A stretch of DNA of 49,599 nucleotides. Source: Candidatus Pelagibacterales bacterium (GTDB lineage Bacteria; Pseudomonadota; Alphaproteobacteria; TMED109). Shown piece by piece: positions 27,031-38,971 of this stretch. Within the stretch, counting starts at the first letter, position 1. Each line of letters starts with the position of its first letter. The position numbers and the translations under genes were made by a program. Location: contig PCCU01000017.1 in the NCBI GenBank assembly GCA_002732015.1, forward strand, positions 8,350-57,948. Direction: 5' to 3'. The notes under the pieces are model-generated. The model ran no database searches and had not been told where the DNA came from. It worked only from the letters and a program-made list of their open reading frames with translations.

Positions 27031-28107
27031 CTAAAGTTTTAAATTATCTAAATTTCCTTCAATAATTCCTTTTCTAATTTTTTTCATAATTTTCTTGTAA
27101 TAAAATAAGTTATGTTGTGTTAAAAAAACACTACCAAGTATTTCTGAAGATTTAACTAAATGATGCAAATATGCCTTAGAGTAATTTGTACAAATATTAC
27201 AAGAACAATCATAATCAAGAGGACTATTATCTTTACTATATTTAGCATTTTTTATTTTTACCATACCATTTGTCGTAAATGCTAATCCAGTTCTGCCTGA
27301 TCTTGTTGGTAAAACACAATCAAACATGTCTATTCCATTTTTTACTGCCCGTAAAATATCAGATGGATACCCTACGCCCATTAAATATCTTGGTTTATCA
27401 AAAGGAAGATTAGATGTACAATAATTAGTAATATCAGACATCAATTCTTGTCCTTCTCCTACTGCCAATCCTCCAACTGCATATCCATCAAAGTCCATAG
27501 TAGAAAGCTCTTCTGTAGATTTTCTTCTTAACTCTTTATGCATGCCCCCTTGTACAATAGCAAATATTCCATAACCTCTTTTTTTTTTGTAAGCATTTAA
27601 AGATCTTTTTGTCCATTTAGAGGATCTATTTAAAGAAATTTCTGTATCAGAATATGAATAAGGATGTGGCACACACTCATCAAAAGTCATCGTAATGGTA
27701 GCGTCTAAATATTTCTGAACCTCTACAGATTTTTCAGCATTTAATCTTATTGAAGTTCCATCTAAATGCGATCTAAATGTAACGCCTTCATCATCTACTT
27801 TAACATTTTTACCAAGTGACATAATTTGAAATCCTCCTGAGTCAGTCAATATACTTTTATTCCATGACATAAACTTATTAAGACCTCCAAATTTTTTAAT
27901 TATATCCATTCCTGGCCTCAACATTAGATGATAAGTATTTGCTAGTATTATATCAAAGTTGTATTTGTGTAAAATCTCTTTTGATATACCTTTGACTGTG
28001 CCTAATGTTCCTACTGGCATAAAAACAGGAGTTTCTATTTCTCCATACTTTGTAGATAGAATTCCAGCCCGAGCTTTTTTAAAAGTACTTTTTATTATAA
28101 ATTTCAT
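27031..28107 (-). CDS. tgt: tRNA-guanine(34) transglycosylase
   Basis: TPVFMPVGT, LTDSGGFQ, GGLAVGE, DMFDCVLPTR, Zn site CSCNIC...H. Confidence 0.97.
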   Translation of the reverse strand: MKFIIKSTFKKARAGILSTKYGEIETPVFMPVGTLGTVKGISKEILHKYNFDIILANTYHLMLRPGMDIIKKFGGLNKFMSWNKSILTDSGGFQIMSLGKNVKVDDEGVTFRSHLDGTSIRLNAEKSVEVQKYLDATITMTFDECVPHPYSYSDTEISLNRSSKWTKRSLNAYKKKRGYGIFAIVQGGMHKELRRKSTEELSTMDFDGYAVGGLAVGEGQELMSDITNYCTSNLPFDKPRYLMGVGYPSDILRAVKNGIDMFDCVLPTRSGRTGLAFTTNGMVKIKNAKYSKDNSPLDYDCSCNICTNYSKAYLHHLVKSSEILGSVFLTQHNLFYYKKIMKKIRKGIIEGNLDNLKL

Positions 28108-29126
28108 TTTAATCTATTTATAATCATTCCGTCACCATAGCTATAAAATCTCATTTTATTTTTAATTGCATTTTTATAATATTGAATAATATTGTTTTTC
28201 CCTCCAAAAGCTGAAACTAAAAGTAATAAACTAGATTTAGGCAAATGGAAGTTTGTAATTAGCTTATCTACAACATTGAACTTAAAGCCTGGGTAAATAA
28301 AAAGTTCATTATGCTCATTATAGTATCTAATTTTTGAGTATTTTGCATAACAATCTTCTAATAATCTTAAAACTGTAGTTCCAACAGCTACAATATTTTT
28401 TTTTCTATGTATTGAGTCATTTATTTTATAAGCACTTTTAGTGCTTATATAACCTTTTTCTTTGTGTAGTTTATTCATCTCTATCATATCGTTTTCTAAA
28501 GGTAAAAATGTTCCTGCTCCTACATGTAAAGTTACTTCAATAACGTCTATATTTTTTTTTTTTATATTTTTTAATAATAAATCATCAAAGTGCAGACTTG
28601 CTGTAGGACTTGCATATGCCCCAAATTTTCTAGAAAAAATACTTTGATAATTTCTTTTATTTAATTTCTTATTATTTATTTCCTTTATGTAAGGAGGTAT
28701 AGGAAGTTCACCAAAGCTATTCAAAAATTTATAAAAAACTTTTTCTTTCTTGTTAAAGAATAATTCAACATGTGCTTTATTTTTATCTATTACTTTTGCA
28801 AATAAGTCATCAGAAAAGTTTATTATATTACCAATTTTGAGAAGCTTTGCAGGTTTTGCAAAAGCTATCCAACTGTTTATAGAAATTTTTGTATGCAGAG
28901 TAATTTTAATTTTTCTATTATTAGTTTTTCCAAATATTATTGCAGGTATTACTTTAGTATTATTAATTACTAATACATCATTGCTATCTAAATGTTCATG
29001 TAATTTATTAAAATAAGAAATTATTTTTTTTTCTGCAATAAAAATTTTTGAAGATGACCTTGGTAAAGCTGGTTTTTGAGCAATTAATTCCTTAGGAAGC
29101 TTGTAATTAAAATCATTTAAATTCAT
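28104..29126 (-). CDS. queA: S-adenosylmethionine:tRNA ribosyltransferase-isomerase
   Basis: LIAQKP, PIPPYI, PTASLHF, TLHVGAGTF, TNFHLPKS, FYSYGDGM. Confidence 0.96.
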   Translation of the reverse strand: MNLNDFNYKLPKELIAQKPALPRSSSKIFIAEKKIISYFNKLHEHLDSNDVLVINNTKVIPAIIFGKTNNRKIKITLHTKISINSWIAFAKPAKLLKIGNIINFSDDLFAKVIDKNKAHVELFFNKKEKVFYKFLNSFGELPIPPYIKEINNKKLNKRNYQSIFSRKFGAYASPTASLHFDDLLLKNIKKKNIDVIEVTLHVGAGTFLPLENDMIEMNKLHKEKGYISTKSAYKINDSIHRKKNIVAVGTTVLRLLEDCYAKYSKIRYYNEHNELFIYPGFKFNVVDKLITNFHLPKSSLLLLVSAFGGKNNIIQYYKNAIKNKMRFYSYGDGMIINRLK

Positions 29127-29135
29127 ATAACTGAA

Positions 29136-29633
29136 TTAATTTTTAATTTTTTTTAATTCTGATAAAACATTTTTAGGTATAAATGATCTTACCTCACCTT
29201 TTAAGAAATATATTTCTTTAACAAATCTAGAAGAGATAAATTGATGTTTCTCACTAGCCATTAAAAATATAGTTTCTATTTCTGAATTTAGTCTTGCATT
29301 CATACCTGTCATTTGAAATTCATAATCAAAATCAGAAACGGCTCTCAATCCTCTAACTATTAAATTTGCATTAATAGATTTTGCAAAATTCATTAATAAA
29401 CCATCAAAAATAACTACTTTAAAACTTTTTTTATCATACTTACTCTTATTAATTTCATGTAAAAGAAGTTTTTTTCTTTTTTCCATTGAAAATAAATTTT
29501 CTTTTTTCTGATTTTTTGCCACACCTATTACTAATTCGTCAACTAACTTATGCGCTCTGAAAATAATATCCAAATGACCATTTGTTACTGGGTCGAAAGA
29601 ACCAGGATAAAGACCAATCCTTTTTTTATTCAT
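29136..29633 (-). CDS. coaD: Phosphopantetheine adenylyltransferase
   Basis: YPGSFDPVTNGHLDI, RGLRAVSDFDYE, ISSRFVKEI. Confidence 0.97.
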   Translation of the reverse strand: MNKKRIGLYPGSFDPVTNGHLDIIFRAHKLVDELVIGVAKNQKKENLFSMEKRKKLLLHEINKSKYDKKSFKVVIFDGLLMNFAKSINANLIVRGLRAVSDFDYEFQMTGMNARLNSEIETIFLMASEKHQFISSRFVKEIYFLKGEVRSFIPKNVLSELKKIKN

Positions 29634-29636
29634 TAT

Positions 29637-32312
29637 TTACTCAACTTCATTTTTTTTAACAATTGTTACAGAAACTACTTTTTCAGACTTCTCAGTGTTT
29701 AATAGAGTTACTCCTTGAGTGACTCTTCCTGCAATTCTAATTCCTTTAACGCCTAGTCTTATTAACTTACCTCTATTTGTAACCATAATTACTTCCTCAT
29801 CATTTTGAATTGGAAATGATGCAACCACTCCTCCATTTCTTTCTGAAGTTTCTATATTTATAATTCCTTGTCCACCTCTTTTAGTCTTTCTGTATTCATA
29901 TGACGAAGACCTTTTTCCAAAACCATTCTCAGTAACTGATAACAAAAATTCTTCTTTATCTGCTAGACTATCGATTCTATCTTTTTTTAAATCTGACTTT
30001 TTAGCTTCATTCCTTCGAAGAGAACTAGAATACTTTAGATATCCTTCTCTTTCGTCAGTGCTTATATCTACAGAATTAAGAATAGATGCTGATATAATTC
30101 TATCATTATTTTGTAATTTTATTCCCCTAACACCCATGGAGGTCCTTCCACTAAAAACTCTTACATCGTTTACATTAAACCTTACACATTTACCTTTTGA
30201 GGTTGATAAAATAATATCATTTTTTTCTCCAGCCAGTAATACTTCTATTAATTTATCATTGTTTTCTAATTTCATAGCTCTTTTTCCATTAGCTTTTATG
30301 TTTATAAAATCACTTACTTTATTTCTCCTGACATTTCCAAACTTAGTTACAAATAATAAAGTTTTCTCACTTTCTTGATTAGGCAAAACAAGCATGGCTG
30401 TAGTCAACTCATTTTCAGATAGTGGTATAATATTCACTAGTGGCCTCCCTTTTGATTGAGGTGATCCTTTAGGAAGTTTATAAACCTTTATTTGATGAAC
30501 TATGCCTTTATTAGTAAAAAATAAAACTATATCATGACTGTTTATTGTAAGAACTTTTTCTACAAAATCATCATCCTTGGTAGTCATTCCTGCTCTTCCT
30601 TTTCCGCCTCTCTTTTGTGATCTATAAGTATCTACAGGAACAGTTTTTACATAGCCCGATTTAGTAAGTGTTAACACTACATCTTCTTTTTCTATTAAAT
30701 CATCTAAATTTTTTTCTTCATAATTTTCAATTATCTTTGTTCTTCTATCTACAGCATAATTATTTCTAATTTCTTCTAGTTCTTTTTTTATAATATTTTT
30801 TATTTTGCTTTGAGATGATAAAATTAACAAATATTCTGCTATTTTTTTTGATTCTTCTAATAGATCTTTTTCTACTTTTTCTCTTTCTAATCCAGTTAAT
30901 CTTTGCAGCCTTAATTCTAAAATAGCTTTAGCTTGTTCAGGCGTTAAATAATCAAAGTTAGCAATGATTTCTGACAACCTCTTATCAATATTTTTTTTCA
31001 ATAAATTAGCTAAATTTTTTGCATTCCATTTTCTCTCTAATATTTTTTTATTTGCTTCGGTGGTATCCTTTGATTTTTTTATTAATTCTATCATTTCATC
31101 TATATTTTCAATAGCAACAGCCAAGCCAAGAAGAATATGTTCCTTTTCCTTTGCCTTTATCAAATCAAATGTTGTTCGCTTGATAATTACTTCTATTCTA
31201 TAGTCTATAAAAGTTTCAAGAATTTCTCGGGTTCCTAATTGAGTAGGCATACCATTTTTAAGGGCTAGAATATTAGAACCAAAACTAGTCTGCAAAGATG
31301 TAAATTTATGAAGCTGGTTTAATACTACTTCAGGAGTAGCATCTCTTTTAAGTTCTATGACAACTCTTACACCATCTTTGTCTGATTCATCTCTTAAATC
31401 TGATATCCCCTCAATTTTTTTTGCTCTTACACAATCTGCAATCTGTTCTACTAGTCTAGATTTATTAATTTGATATGGTATTTCTTTTATTACAATCGCC
31501 ACTCTATCTTTAGAAGTATTTTCTATATTTGTTACTCCCCTAAGAACTATAGAACCTCTACCATTCTCAAAAGATGTTTTTATTCCATTTCCTCCTATAA
31601 TTATTCCACCAGTAGGAAAGTCAGGCCCAAGAATAATTTCTCTTATACTGCTATCATCAGCATCTGGATTATCTAATAATAATATACAAGCATTCACAAT
31701 TTCCCCTAAATTATGAGGGGGTATATTTGTTGCCATGCCTACTGCAATACCACCTGAACCATTGACTAGAAGATTTGGGTATCTAGCAGGTAGAACTTCT
31801 GGCTCCAATAGAGTAGTATCATAGTTATCTATAAAGTTAACAGTATCTTTATCTATATCTTCCAACAAAGTGCTTGCTACTTTTCCTAGTCTTATTTCAG
31901 TATATCGCATAGCTGCAGGCGGATCTCCATCCATTGATCCAAAGTTACCTTGCCCATTCAATAAAGGCAGACTCATAGAAAAACTTTGTGCTAATCTAAC
32001 CATTGCTTCATATATTGCACTATCTCCATGAGGATGAAACTTACCCATTACTTCTCCTACTATTCTGGCAGATTTTCGATGAGGCTTATTAGCATCATAA
32101 CCACCATCATACATACAATAAAGTATTCTTCTATGAACTGGCTTTAAACCATCTCTAATATCTGGCAAAGCTCTGCTTACAATAACACTCATAGCGTAGT
32201 CCAAATAAGACTTCTTCATTTCATCTTCTATGACTACTTTGTCAAGAAACTCTCCTTCTGGGATTTTTGATGAATTTTCTTCTTCTAGATTATTGTTATT
32301 ATCTTCTGACAA
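29637..32312 (-). CDS. gyrA: DNA gyrase subunit A
   Basis: [28 protein letters not shown], GyrA-box QKRGGKG, beta-pinwheel CTD; TTG start. Confidence 0.96.
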   Translation of the reverse strand: MSEDNNNNLEEENSSKIPEGEFLDKVVIEDEMKKSYLDYAMSVIVSRALPDIRDGLKPVHRRILYCMYDGGYDANKPHRKSARIVGEVMGKFHPHGDSAIYEAMVRLAQSFSMSLPLLNGQGNFGSMDGDPPAAMRYTEIRLGKVASTLLEDIDKDTVNFIDNYDTTLLEPEVLPARYPNLLVNGSGGIAVGMATNIPPHNLGEIVNACILLLDNPDADDSSIREIILGPDFPTGGIIIGGNGIKTSFENGRGSIVLRGVTNIENTSKDRVAIVIKEIPYQINKSRLVEQIADCVRAKKIEGISDLRDESDKDGVRVVIELKRDATPEVVLNQLHKFTSLQTSFGSNILALKNGMPTQLGTREILETFIDYRIEVIIKRTTFDLIKAKEKEHILLGLAVAIENIDEMIELIKKSKDTTEANKKILERKWNAKNLANLLKKNIDKRLSEIIANFDYLTPEQAKAILELRLQRLTGLEREKVEKDLLEESKKIAEYLLILSSQSKIKNIIKKELEEIRNNYAVDRRTKIIENYEEKNLDDLIEKEDVVLTLTKSGYVKTVPVDTYRSQKRGGKGRAGMTTKDDDFVEKVLTINSHDIVLFFTNKGIVHQIKVYKLPKGSPQSKGRPLVNIIPLSENELTTAMLVLPNQESEKTLLFVTKFGNVRRNKVSDFINIKANGKRAMKLENNDKLIEVLLAGEKNDIILSTSKGKCVRFNVNDVRVFSGRTSMGVRGIKLQNNDRIISASILNSVDISTDEREGYLKYSSSLRRNEAKKSDLKKDRIDSLADKEEFLLSVTENGFGKRSSSYEYRKTKRGGQGIINIETSERNGGVVASFPIQNDEEVIMVTNRGKLIRLGVKGIRIAGRVTQGVTLLNTEKSEKVVSVTIVKKNEVE

Positions 32313-32342
32313 CTTTTTCTCTAAAACAATTTATTAAATTTT

Positions 32343-32816
32343 TTAAAAAGGGATATCATCATCTAAGTTTTCAATATTATTAGGAGTTTCTGGTTTAGAT
32401 TCTTTATCTAAACCTCTAGAATTCGGAATCTGATTATCAGTATCTTTGAAAGAACTATTATCATTACTTCTATCTAATAACAATAGTTCCCCTCTGAAGT
32501 TTTGCAAAACTATCTCTGTTGTATATTTATCTACTCCATTATTATCTTGCCATTTTCTAGTTTGGAGTTGTCCTTCCAAATAAATCTTTGATCCTTTTTT
32601 AATATATTTCTCAGCAATATCAGCTAAGATTGGATTAAAAATTGCTATCCTATGCCACTCAGTATTAGTTTTCATTTCACCTGACTCTTTATCTTTCCAT
32701 CTCTCGCTAGTAGCTAAAGACAGGTTAACCACCTTATTACCATTCTGAAATGTCTTAACTTCAGGTTCACTTCCTATATTTCCAACCAAAGTAACTTTGT
32801 TTATACTATATGCCAT
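32343..32816 (-). CDS. ssb: Single-stranded DNA-binding protein
   Basis: SINKVTLVGNIG, TEWHRI, EGQLQTRKW, terminal DDDIPF. Confidence 0.97.
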   Translation of the reverse strand: MAYSINKVTLVGNIGSEPEVKTFQNGNKVVNLSLATSERWKDKESGEMKTNTEWHRIAIFNPILADIAEKYIKKGSKIYLEGQLQTRKWQDNNGVDKYTTEIVLQNFRGELLLLDRSNDNSSFKDTDNQIPNSRGLDKESKPETPNNIENLDDDIPF

Positions 32817-32887
32817 AAACATTTTATACCAGATTGGTAATATATTTACTATATTATTTTAATAAAAAACTTAAATTTGAAATTATT

Positions 32888-35713
32888 ATGAAAGAGAAAA
32901 TTATTATAAAAGGTGCTAGAGAAAATAACCTGAAAAATATTTCTATTGAAATTCCTAAAAATAAAATTGTTGTAATAACAGGGGTATCTGGTAGCGGAAA
33001 ATCAACCCTAGCTTTTGAAACTATTTATGCAGAAGGACAAAGAAAGTATGTTGAAAGTCTTTCAGCCTATGCTAGACAGTTTTTACAAATTATGAATAAA
33101 CCTAACTTAGATAGCATTGAAGGATTGTCACCCGCGATAGCTATTGACCAAAAAACAGTATCGAAAAACCCTAGATCAACTGTAGGAACAGTGACAGAGG
33201 TTTATGATTATATTAGGTTGCTGTATGCTAGAATAGGAATTCCTTACTCACCAACTACAGGAAAACCTATAACAAAACAAACCTCCTCAGAAATAGTTAA
33301 AAAAATTAAAGAATATCCTAATAATAAAAAAATATTTATCTTATCTCCTATAGTAAGGTCTAAAAAAGGAGAATTCAAAAAAGAATTAATTGATTTGAAA
33401 AAAAAAGGATTTCAAAGATTATTTATTAACAAAAAACTTTATGAACTTGATAATTTACCTACTTTAAATAAAAATTATAAATATGATATAGACCTTGTAA
33501 TCGATAGACTAATAACCGGAGATGACCTATCTAATAGATTAGCAGACAGTGTAGAGTTAGCTTTAAGTATGTCTAATGGAATTGTTTATGTTTTAGATGT
33601 AGATGAAAACAAGAGAGAGATATTTTCTGCTAATTTCTCTTGTCCTGTATCTGGCTTTACAATTGAAGAGATTGAGCCCAGAATATTTTCTTTTAATAGT
33701 CCTTTTGGCGCATGTAAAATTTGTGAAGGGTTAGGAGAAAAAAATTTTTTTGATCCAGATCTTCTAATACCAAACAAAAAACTATCCATAACAAATGGAG
33801 CAATTTTGCCTTGGAAAAAAGGAATAAATAATTACTATTACAGGGTTTTAAATAAAGTTATGGAACATACTAGTCTAGACCTTAATATTCCTTTTGATGA
33901 AAATAGAGAAAAAGATATAAATGTATTACTTTATGGTTCTGATGAAATTCTTATAGAAGAAAGGAGGTTTAGTAGATTTGGAAAAAGAAAATATAAACCC
34001 TTTAAAGGAATAATAGATTTATTTGAACAACAATATAAATACATAAAAGAATCGTGGATGAAAGATGAATATGATAAATACATTTCCTCTAAAATATGTA
34101 AAGGTTGCAACGGAATGAGACTAAACGAGATGTCTCTTAGTATTAAAATAAATAATGAAAATATTGGAAAAATAACAAATCTTTCAATTGAGGAACTTTT
34201 GAGATGGGTAAAAAATTTACAAGAAAAATTATCTGGTAATGATAAATTAATTGCTAAACCTATTCTTAGAGAAATAGATAATCGACTTACTTTTTTATGT
34301 GATGTAGGTCTGGATTATTTATCTTTATCTAGATCATCATCTACATTATCGGGAGGCGAAAGTCAGAGAATTAGATTAGCTTCTCAAATAGGTTCTGGAT
34401 TAACGGGAGTTTTGTATGTACTTGATGAACCATCTATTGGACTCCACCAAAAGGACAATACTAGGTTGCTAAAAACCTTAACAAAACTTAAAAAACTAAA
34501 TAACTCAGTTATAGTTGTAGAGCATGATGAAGATGCTATAAAGTCAGCAGACCATATTATAGACATAGGCCCTAAAGCTGGATTATATGGTGGAGAAATA
34601 GTAGCTCAAGGAAATTTTAAAGATATTATAAATAATAAAAAAAGCCTTACTTCCTTGTATCTTTCTAGAAAAAAGGTAATTTCAGTTCCGGAAAAAAGAA
34701 GAATGATAAATAGTAAAAAAGTTATTTCTTTCAAAAATGTTTCTACTAATAATTTAAAAAATATAAATTTAAATTTACCACTAGGATTATTTTGTTGTAT
34801 ATCAGGTGTTTCTGGAAGTGGAAAATCTAGTCTAATTATAGATACTCTTTACCCTGCATTATCAAATTTAGTTAATAAAACAAAATTAAAGGAGGGAAAA
34901 TATAAAACATTGTTAGGAACTCACTTTATAGACAAGGTAGTAAACATAACTCAATCTCCAATTGGAAGGACACCACGATCAAATCCCGTAACTTACACTG
35001 GTGCTTTTACTCCTATAAGAGAGTGGTTTGCACTATTACCTGAGTCTAAAGAAAGAGGATATAAATCTGGAAGGTTTTCCTTCAATGTGAAAGGAGGAAG
35101 GTGTGAAGCATGTGGAGGAGATGGATTAAAAAAAGTAGAAATGCATTTCCTATCTGATGTTTATGTTAAGTGTGAAGAATGTGAGGGTAAACGCTTTAAT
35201 ACTGAAACACTAGAAGTAAAATATAAAAATAATAGTATTTCAGATGTATTAGAACTTTCTGTAGATGAAGCAAAAGAACTTTTTAAAGCTATACCAACTA
35301 TAGCTAGCAAATTACAAATGCTTAGTAAAGTAGGATTAGGATATATAAAAATTGGTCAATCTGCGACTACATTGTCTGGAGGAGAAGCTCAGAGAATAAA
35401 AATTGCAAAAGAGTTATCAAAAAAACCTACTGGAAAAACTCTTTATATACTTGATGAGCCTACTACTGGATTACATTTTGAGGATGTAAATAAATTAGTA
35501 AATATACTTCAAGAACTAACAAATAATGGAAATACTGTTATAGTAATTGAGCACAACCTTGACGTTTTAAAATGCTCAGACTGGATAATTGATCTAGGTC
35601 TTGATGGCGGAGATAAAGGTGGTTATATAATTACGGAAGGTCCTCCAGAAAAAGTAGCAAAAATGAATATAGGATATACTTCAGAATATTTAAAAAAAAG
35701 TTTAAGTTTCTAA
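32888..35713 (+). CDS. uvrA: Excinuclease ABC subunit A
   Basis: GARENNLKN, two GVSGSGKS Walker A motifs, LSGGESQR / LSGGEAQR, Zn-finger CxxC pairs; ATG at 32888. Confidence 0.97.
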   Translation: MKEKIIIKGARENNLKNISIEIPKNKIVVITGVSGSGKSTLAFETIYAEGQRKYVESLSAYARQFLQIMNKPNLDSIEGLSPAIAIDQKTVSKNPRSTVGTVTEVYDYIRLLYARIGIPYSPTTGKPITKQTSSEIVKKIKEYPNNKKIFILSPIVRSKKGEFKKELIDLKKKGFQRLFINKKLYELDNLPTLNKNYKYDIDLVIDRLITGDDLSNRLADSVELALSMSNGIVYVLDVDENKREIFSANFSCPVSGFTIEEIEPRIFSFNSPFGACKICEGLGEKNFFDPDLLIPNKKLSITNGAILPWKKGINNYYYRVLNKVMEHTSLDLNIPFDENREKDINVLLYGSDEILIEERRFSRFGKRKYKPFKGIIDLFEQQYKYIKESWMKDEYDKYISSKICKGCNGMRLNEMSLSIKINNENIGKITNLSIEELLRWVKNLQEKLSGNDKLIAKPILREIDNRLTFLCDVGLDYLSLSRSSSTLSGGESQRIRLASQIGSGLTGVLYVLDEPSIGLHQKDNTRLLKTLTKLKKLNNSVIVVEHDEDAIKSADHIIDIGPKAGLYGGEIVAQGNFKDIINNKKSLTSLYLSRKKVISVPEKRRMINSKKVISFKNVSTNNLKNINLNLPLGLFCCISGVSGSGKSSLIIDTLYPALSNLVNKTKLKEGKYKTLLGTHFIDKVVNITQSPIGRTPRSNPVTYTGAFTPIREWFALLPESKERGYKSGRFSFNVKGGRCEACGGDGLKKVEMHFLSDVYVKCEECEGKRFNTETLEVKYKNNSISDVLELSVDEAKELFKAIPTIASKLQMLSKVGLGYIKIGQSATTLSGGEAQRIKIAKELSKKPTGKTLYILDEPTTGLHFEDVNKLVNILQELTNNGNTVIVIEHNLDVLKCSDWIIDLGLDGGDKGGYIITEGPPEKVAKMNIGYTSEYLKKSLSF

Positions 35714-36082
35714 TTCCAGAAATGCTAATATTTTTTTACCTTGTGAAAGTAAAATATTATATGTTTTAAAGGCAGAAATACTGCTCATAGACTCATGAGG
35801 TATATTGTTTTTAATAATAAACTCATGAGTTTTTAATGGAATTTTTTTTAATTTTTTTCCAGTACCAAATAGAATAAAATTATAATCACCTCTATTAAGC
35901 TGATTTATTTTTTCATAAAATAGATTATCACTAAATAAGGTCTTAACATCTTGACAGTTGTCTATACTAGAGCCAAGCAATACAACTCTATCAAAGTATT
36001 TTTTTTCTTTAATTACTATGTAGTTTTTTCCGTAAGATGCGATGAAATAGTCGTTAAATAAATTTTCAAACTCTATTTGCAA
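35702..36082 (-). CDS. Mth938-like (DUF498) protein
   Basis: ILFGTGK, ESMSSISAFKTYNILLSQGK; usual position after secF. Confidence 0.8.
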   Translation of the reverse strand: MQIEFENLFNDYFIASYGKNYIVIKEKKYFDRVVLLGSSIDNCQDVKTLFSDNLFYEKINQLNRGDYNFILFGTGKKLKKIPLKTHEFIIKNNIPHESMSSISAFKTYNILLSQGKKILAFLELET

Positions 36083-36088
36083 ATTTAA

Positions 36089-37006
36089 TTAATCCTCTTT
36101 ATTTTCATTTCTCTTTATATTCAAAAAAACTAAAACAGGAGTTGCTATTAATATAGAAGAATAAGTTCCTATTAATATTCCCCAAATCATAGCAAAACTA
36201 AAATCTTTAATAATATTTCCACCAAAAATAAATAACGCTAACAAAGCTAAGATAGTTGTAGCAGTTGTATTGATAGTTCTTGATAATGTTTCATTTACTG
36301 ATTTGTTAAGCAGCAAAATTATACTTATCTTTCTATACTTTTTTAAGTTTTCTCTAATCCTATCATAAACAACAACGGTATCATTCATAGAGTACCCTAT
36401 AATAAGAAGTATTGCAGCAACTGTAGCTAAATTAAACTCTAAAGATGATATAGAGAACATTCCCACTGTAAGCACTATATCATGAATAAGAGCTATGACG
36501 GCACCTATTGCAAAAGGAAGTTCAAAGCGAAACCAAATGTATATTAACATTGCTCCTATAGCAATTAAGATTGAGTAAATCCCTGCTTTAATGAGTTCTT
36601 TACTTACAGTTGGTCCAACATACTCAAGTCTTCTATAATCTACATCCGTATACTCTTTATTTAGATTACTTTTAATTTCTGAAATTAACTTTTGATTATT
36701 GCCTTTAACTGAAGAGTATGTCTCTACTTTAATAAGATAATTACTTTTAGAATTATCTAAACTTTGTATTGAGAAATCTCCAGGAACTATTCCTCTCAAT
36801 TTTGTTCTTATTTGAACTATTTCAATATTTTTACTAAAAGATGTTTCTATTAAAAGTCCTCCTTTAAAATCAATCCCAAAGTTTAGACCTTTAATTATCA
36901 TGAAAATTATAGATACAATTGATAATATACCAGAAGTTAAGAAGAAAAATTTTCTATTCCCTATGAAATTTAAATTAGGAGTTTTTTTTATAAATCTGAA
37001 TAACAT
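36089..37006 (-). CDS. secF: Protein translocase subunit SecF
   Basis: GLNFGIDFKGG, VGPTVS, IGYSMNDTVVVYDRIREN, GTYSS. Confidence 0.96.
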   Translation of the reverse strand: MLFRFIKKTPNLNFIGNRKFFFLTSGILSIVSIIFMIIKGLNFGIDFKGGLLIETSFSKNIEIVQIRTKLRGIVPGDFSIQSLDNSKSNYLIKVETYSSVKGNNQKLISEIKSNLNKEYTDVDYRRLEYVGPTVSKELIKAGIYSILIAIGAMLIYIWFRFELPFAIGAVIALIHDIVLTVGMFSISSLEFNLATVAAILLIIGYSMNDTVVVYDRIRENLKKYRKISIILLLNKSVNETLSRTINTTATTILALLALFIFGGNIIKDFSFAMIWGILIGTYSSILIATPVLVFLNIKRNENKED

Positions 37007-37007
37007 A

Positions 37008-38552
37008 CTAAAGTTTTAGATTCCTTTCCCTGTTTTGAATGTAAAAATAGTTTATTAAAAGTCTACTAATAACCATAGTACATATAATAGTACTGAAAAC
37101 TCCTAAACCTAGTGTAATAGAAAAGCCTCTTATGGGTCCAGAACCCATGAAAAAAAGAATGACAGCTGCAATTAATGTGGTCACGTTAGCATCTAGGATT
37201 GCTCTAAAAGCTTGAGAAAACCCAGTTTCAATAGAACTTATTTTTGATCTTCCTAATAATTGCTCTTCTCTAATTCTTTCGAAAATAAGAACATTAGCAT
37301 CAACAGCCATACCTACAGTTAATGCTATTCCTGCAATTCCAGGCAAAGTCAAAGTTGCTTCTAGCAATACTAACCAAGAAACCAGAAACAATATGTTAAT
37401 GATTAAAACAGAATTTGCTATAAAAGCTACCTTTCCGTAAATTAAGAACATATAAACTAAAACCAGTCCAAAGGCTATCATTAAAGACACTGACCCAGCT
37501 TTGATGGAGTCTTTTCCTAAACTAGGACCCACAGTTCTTTCCTCTGCTATACTAATGGGTGCAGGCAAAGAACCAGCTCTCAATAATATAGCTAAATCAT
37601 TAGCTGTCTCAAAGGTAAAGTTACCTGAAATCTGAGCATTACCTGTAGGAATTGGCTCTTGTATAACTGGGGCTGAGATAACTTTATTATCAAGTACTAT
37701 TGCAAACCTTTTTCCTACGTTTTTACTAGTTAAATCTGCAAACTTTCTTGAGCCTATGCTATCAAACCTGATCGATACTATTGGTCTATTAAATTGATCT
37801 ACAGAAGCGCTAGCATCAACTAAATTATCACCGCTAACGCCAACTCTTTTTTTAATTACATAACTTACCTGCATATCCGCGTGTTCTATAATTTCTGAAC
37901 CTACAAAATATTTTTTTTCATTAATTGACTGCATGTTTTTTTCATCTACTAATCTAAAATTCATTTTTGCAGTTTTTCCTAATAATGATTTAATCCTATC
38001 AGGATCTTTTAAACCAGGCAGTTGCACTAAAATTCTTTGGTTTCCTTGGATTTGTATAATTGGCTCATTAGTACCTACTTCATCAATTCTTTTTCTGATT
38101 ATTTCTAAGGATTGTATCATTAGCGAACTATTATAATCTTTTAAGTATTCCTCATTGAAACTTGCATTTATTAATAAATCATCTCTTTTAAATTCTAATG
38201 TAGGGAAATCTTTATTTATTTTAAAAGCCTTTTCTAAACTATTTTTATTAGTGAAAGAAATTATAACTTTATTATCAACTTTAGATATATTTTCAAAGGA
38301 GAATTTATTTTCCTCAAGTTTATTTCTAATATCCTCTGTAAAATTCTGCAGTTTTTCATTTAACGCAGCCTCAGTTTCAACCTGCAATAAAAGTTGGGAG
38401 CCTCCTTGAAGATCCAAACCTAGGCGTATGGATTTTGCATCAAAATATTTTGGGAAAAGCTTATGATTTTGAAACAAGGCAGGAATAGCATAAAGTAAAC
38501 TAAAGACAATTATAAATAACGTTACTAAAAATTTAGTATTAATTTTTTTCAT
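37008..38552 (-). CDS. secD: Protein translocase subunit SecD
   Basis: LGLDLQGG, VGPSLG, TLPGIAG, GMAVDANVLIFERIRE. Confidence 0.96.
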   Translation of the reverse strand: MKKINTKFLVTLFIIVFSLLYAIPALFQNHKLFPKYFDAKSIRLGLDLQGGSQLLLQVETEAALNEKLQNFTEDIRNKLEENKFSFENISKVDNKVIISFTNKNSLEKAFKINKDFPTLEFKRDDLLINASFNEEYLKDYNSSLMIQSLEIIRKRIDEVGTNEPIIQIQGNQRILVQLPGLKDPDRIKSLLGKTAKMNFRLVDEKNMQSINEKKYFVGSEIIEHADMQVSYVIKKRVGVSGDNLVDASASVDQFNRPIVSIRFDSIGSRKFADLTSKNVGKRFAIVLDNKVISAPVIQEPIPTGNAQISGNFTFETANDLAILLRAGSLPAPISIAEERTVGPSLGKDSIKAGSVSLMIAFGLVLVYMFLIYGKVAFIANSVLIINILFLVSWLVLLEATLTLPGIAGIALTVGMAVDANVLIFERIREEQLLGRSKISSIETGFSQAFRAILDANVTTLIAAVILFFMGSGPIRGFSITLGLGVFSTIICTMVISRLLINYFYIQNRERNLKL

Positions 38553-38560
38553 ACTAAAAT

Positions 38561-38887
38561 TTAGTTCTTGTTTTGATTATCAGCTATGACTTCAGTGATA
38601 GTATCTCTTTTAATTTTTACGTTTACTCCTTCTGATATTGAGATTGTAATAAAGTTATTGTCATCTACCTTTACTATTTTAGATAAAATTCCTCCAGAAG
38701 TAATAACTTGGTTTCCTACTTTAAGATTTGTAACCATCTCTCTGTGTTGCTTAACTCTTTTTTGTTGAGGTCTAATTAATAAAAAATAAAAGACTACAAA
38801 TATTAAAATCAAAGGCAAAAGTTGTATTATAAAACTTTGTCCCCCAGCTGCCTGGGTTGCTTGTGCATATGCTAAATTTATTACCAT
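38561..38887 (-). CDS. yajC: Preprotein translocase subunit YajC
   Basis: FYFLLIRPQQKR, VITSGGI; AAGGAG RBS. Confidence 0.95.
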   Translation of the reverse strand: MVINLAYAQATQAAGGQSFIIQLLPLILIFVVFYFLLIRPQQKRVKQHREMVTNLKVGNQVITSGGILSKIVKVDDNNFITISISEGVNVKIKRDTITEVIADNQNKN

Positions 38888-38971
38888 GCTTTAACTCCTT
38901 AACTAATGGCCATTATATTGCAATTTAATCTAGTTCAGATATTCTGATAAATCAATTATATTATTATAATC

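Noticed and set aside
29637-32312. ParC instead of GyrA because the QRDR reads [11 protein letters not shown]
   Set aside because: It has a GyrA-box (QKRGGKG), GyrA length and the ssb-gyrA-coaD context; Glu at this position occurs naturally in many GyrA proteins.
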